From Candidatus Fimivicinus intestinavium (lineage in GTDB: Bacteria; Bacillota; Clostridia; Oscillospirales; Acutalibacteraceae), in assembly GCA_018715765.1 (NCBI GenBank), contig DVKY01000113.1:2282-66281 (forward strand): a DNA stretch of 64,000 nucleotides. Reading direction: 5' to 3'. The position numbers and the translations under genes were made by a program. The notes beneath the pieces were generated by a model. That model made no database searches. It saw only the letters and a list, made by a program, of their open reading frames with translations, and was not told the DNA's origin. The first letter of the stretch is position 1; each line of letters begins with the position of its first letter. Shown piece by piece: positions 63,533 through 64,000 of this stretch.

Positions 63533-63991
63533 GTGGATCAAGTGTACTTTTGTCCAGTATGTGGCCGTGTGACATCCGATAGTGTAGCAGTTGGTTTGTC
63601 TTTAGAAAAAAAATGTCTATTTTGTAATTCTGATTTACAGGCTACAGGGAAAGATCGGCAATTCTTTTGGAAGCGATCAAATGACAAGCAAGAACTTAGA
63701 AGACTAATTATACGTCTTGAGGAAACCGTCCGCGAGGAGTATGTCTACGGGAACCCTCTCTTTGATAAGGAGAAGTACGAGGCCCGGGAGCAGGCGGACC
63801 GTGAGCGCATTGCGCGCAACAAGGCAGGCCTGAACCCTCTGGATAACCTCCCGCGCTGCCCCACCTGCGGCAGCACAAACCTTACCCGCCTGAGCGGCGT
63901 CGGCCTCATCACCATGTTCGGCGCCTTCGGCGTGACCGATGGCAACGCAGGCAAAACCTTCCGCTGCAATAACTGCGGCTATCGTTGGTGA
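63533..63991 (+). CDS. Double zinc-ribbon protein of unknown function (compositionally chimeric)
   Basis: GTG start with SD gaaaggag 9 nt upstream. N-terminal CPVCG...CLFCNS and C-terminal CPTCGS...CNNCGYRW. The 5' ~190 nt are AT-rich and the 3' ~270 nt are GC-rich. Confidence 0.6.
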   Translation: MDQVYFCPVCGRVTSDSVAVGLSLEKKCLFCNSDLQATGKDRQFFWKRSNDKQELRRLIIRLEETVREEYVYGNPLFDKEKYEAREQADRERIARNKAGLNPLDNLPRCPTCGSTNLTRLSGVGLITMFGAFGVTDGNAGKTFRCNNCGYRW

Positions 63992-64000
63992 AGAAATAAT

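Noticed and set aside
63393-63575. 60-aa minus-strand ORF between the tape-measure-like gene and the zinc-ribbon gene. Also the 63-aa ORF at 50353-50544 and the ORFs at 12303-12924
   Set aside because: They have no SD and overlap promoter or 5' regions of better-supported genes, or AT-rich intergenic DNA. Composition is implausible and there is no recognisable motif.

Overview
This 64-kb window looks like a chromosomal segment from a high-G+C, endospore-forming Clostridia-type Firmicute. The lineage call rests on gene content (spoIIAA-spoIIAB-sigF, whiA, hprK) and cannot be taken further from sequence alone. I support about 57 protein-coding genes, most of them housekeeping:
- Cell envelope and central regulation, minus strand: hprK, a ROK glucokinase, murB, rapZ, whiA, argS, a phosphohexomutase, ygiQ, and an MBL-fold/DUF3006 pair.
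- Sugar and nucleoside catabolism: GH27 alpha-galactosidase, GH35 beta-galactosidase, nagB, a PfkB kinase, deoD, deoC, rpiB.
- Biosynthesis and DNA functions: aroF, dapA, folC, recD2-comF.
- An aconitase - isocitrate dehydrogenase - rex cluster.
- rodA/ftsW and tsaE-tsaB.

I recognised no rRNA, tRNA, CRISPR array, transposase or integrase.

Five stretches stand out from the backbone:
1. An AT-rich ~2-kb cassette at 35.3-37.4 kb. An XRE repressor sits divergent from two unrecognisable membrane proteins, with a clear operator/promoter between them. This is the best candidate for an uncharacterised module.
2. An AT-rich islet at 48.9-50.9 kb with translationally coupled DeoR and XRE regulators and a 27-bp direct repeat placed about equally far upstream of deoR and deoC.
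3. An apparently orphan 1275-aa phage tape-measure-like ORF at 59.5-63.4 kb, with 180-nt in-frame tandem repeats and no other phage genes visible around it.
4. About 590 nt of GC-rich, hairpin-dense non-coding sequence at 58.9-59.5 kb.
5. A membrane FUSC/ArAE-like domain fused to a HAD domain that appears catalytically degenerate, at 13.9-15.2 kb.

Every family assignment comes from motif recognition by eye. No database search was run. All G+C statements are visual impressions and should be recomputed.
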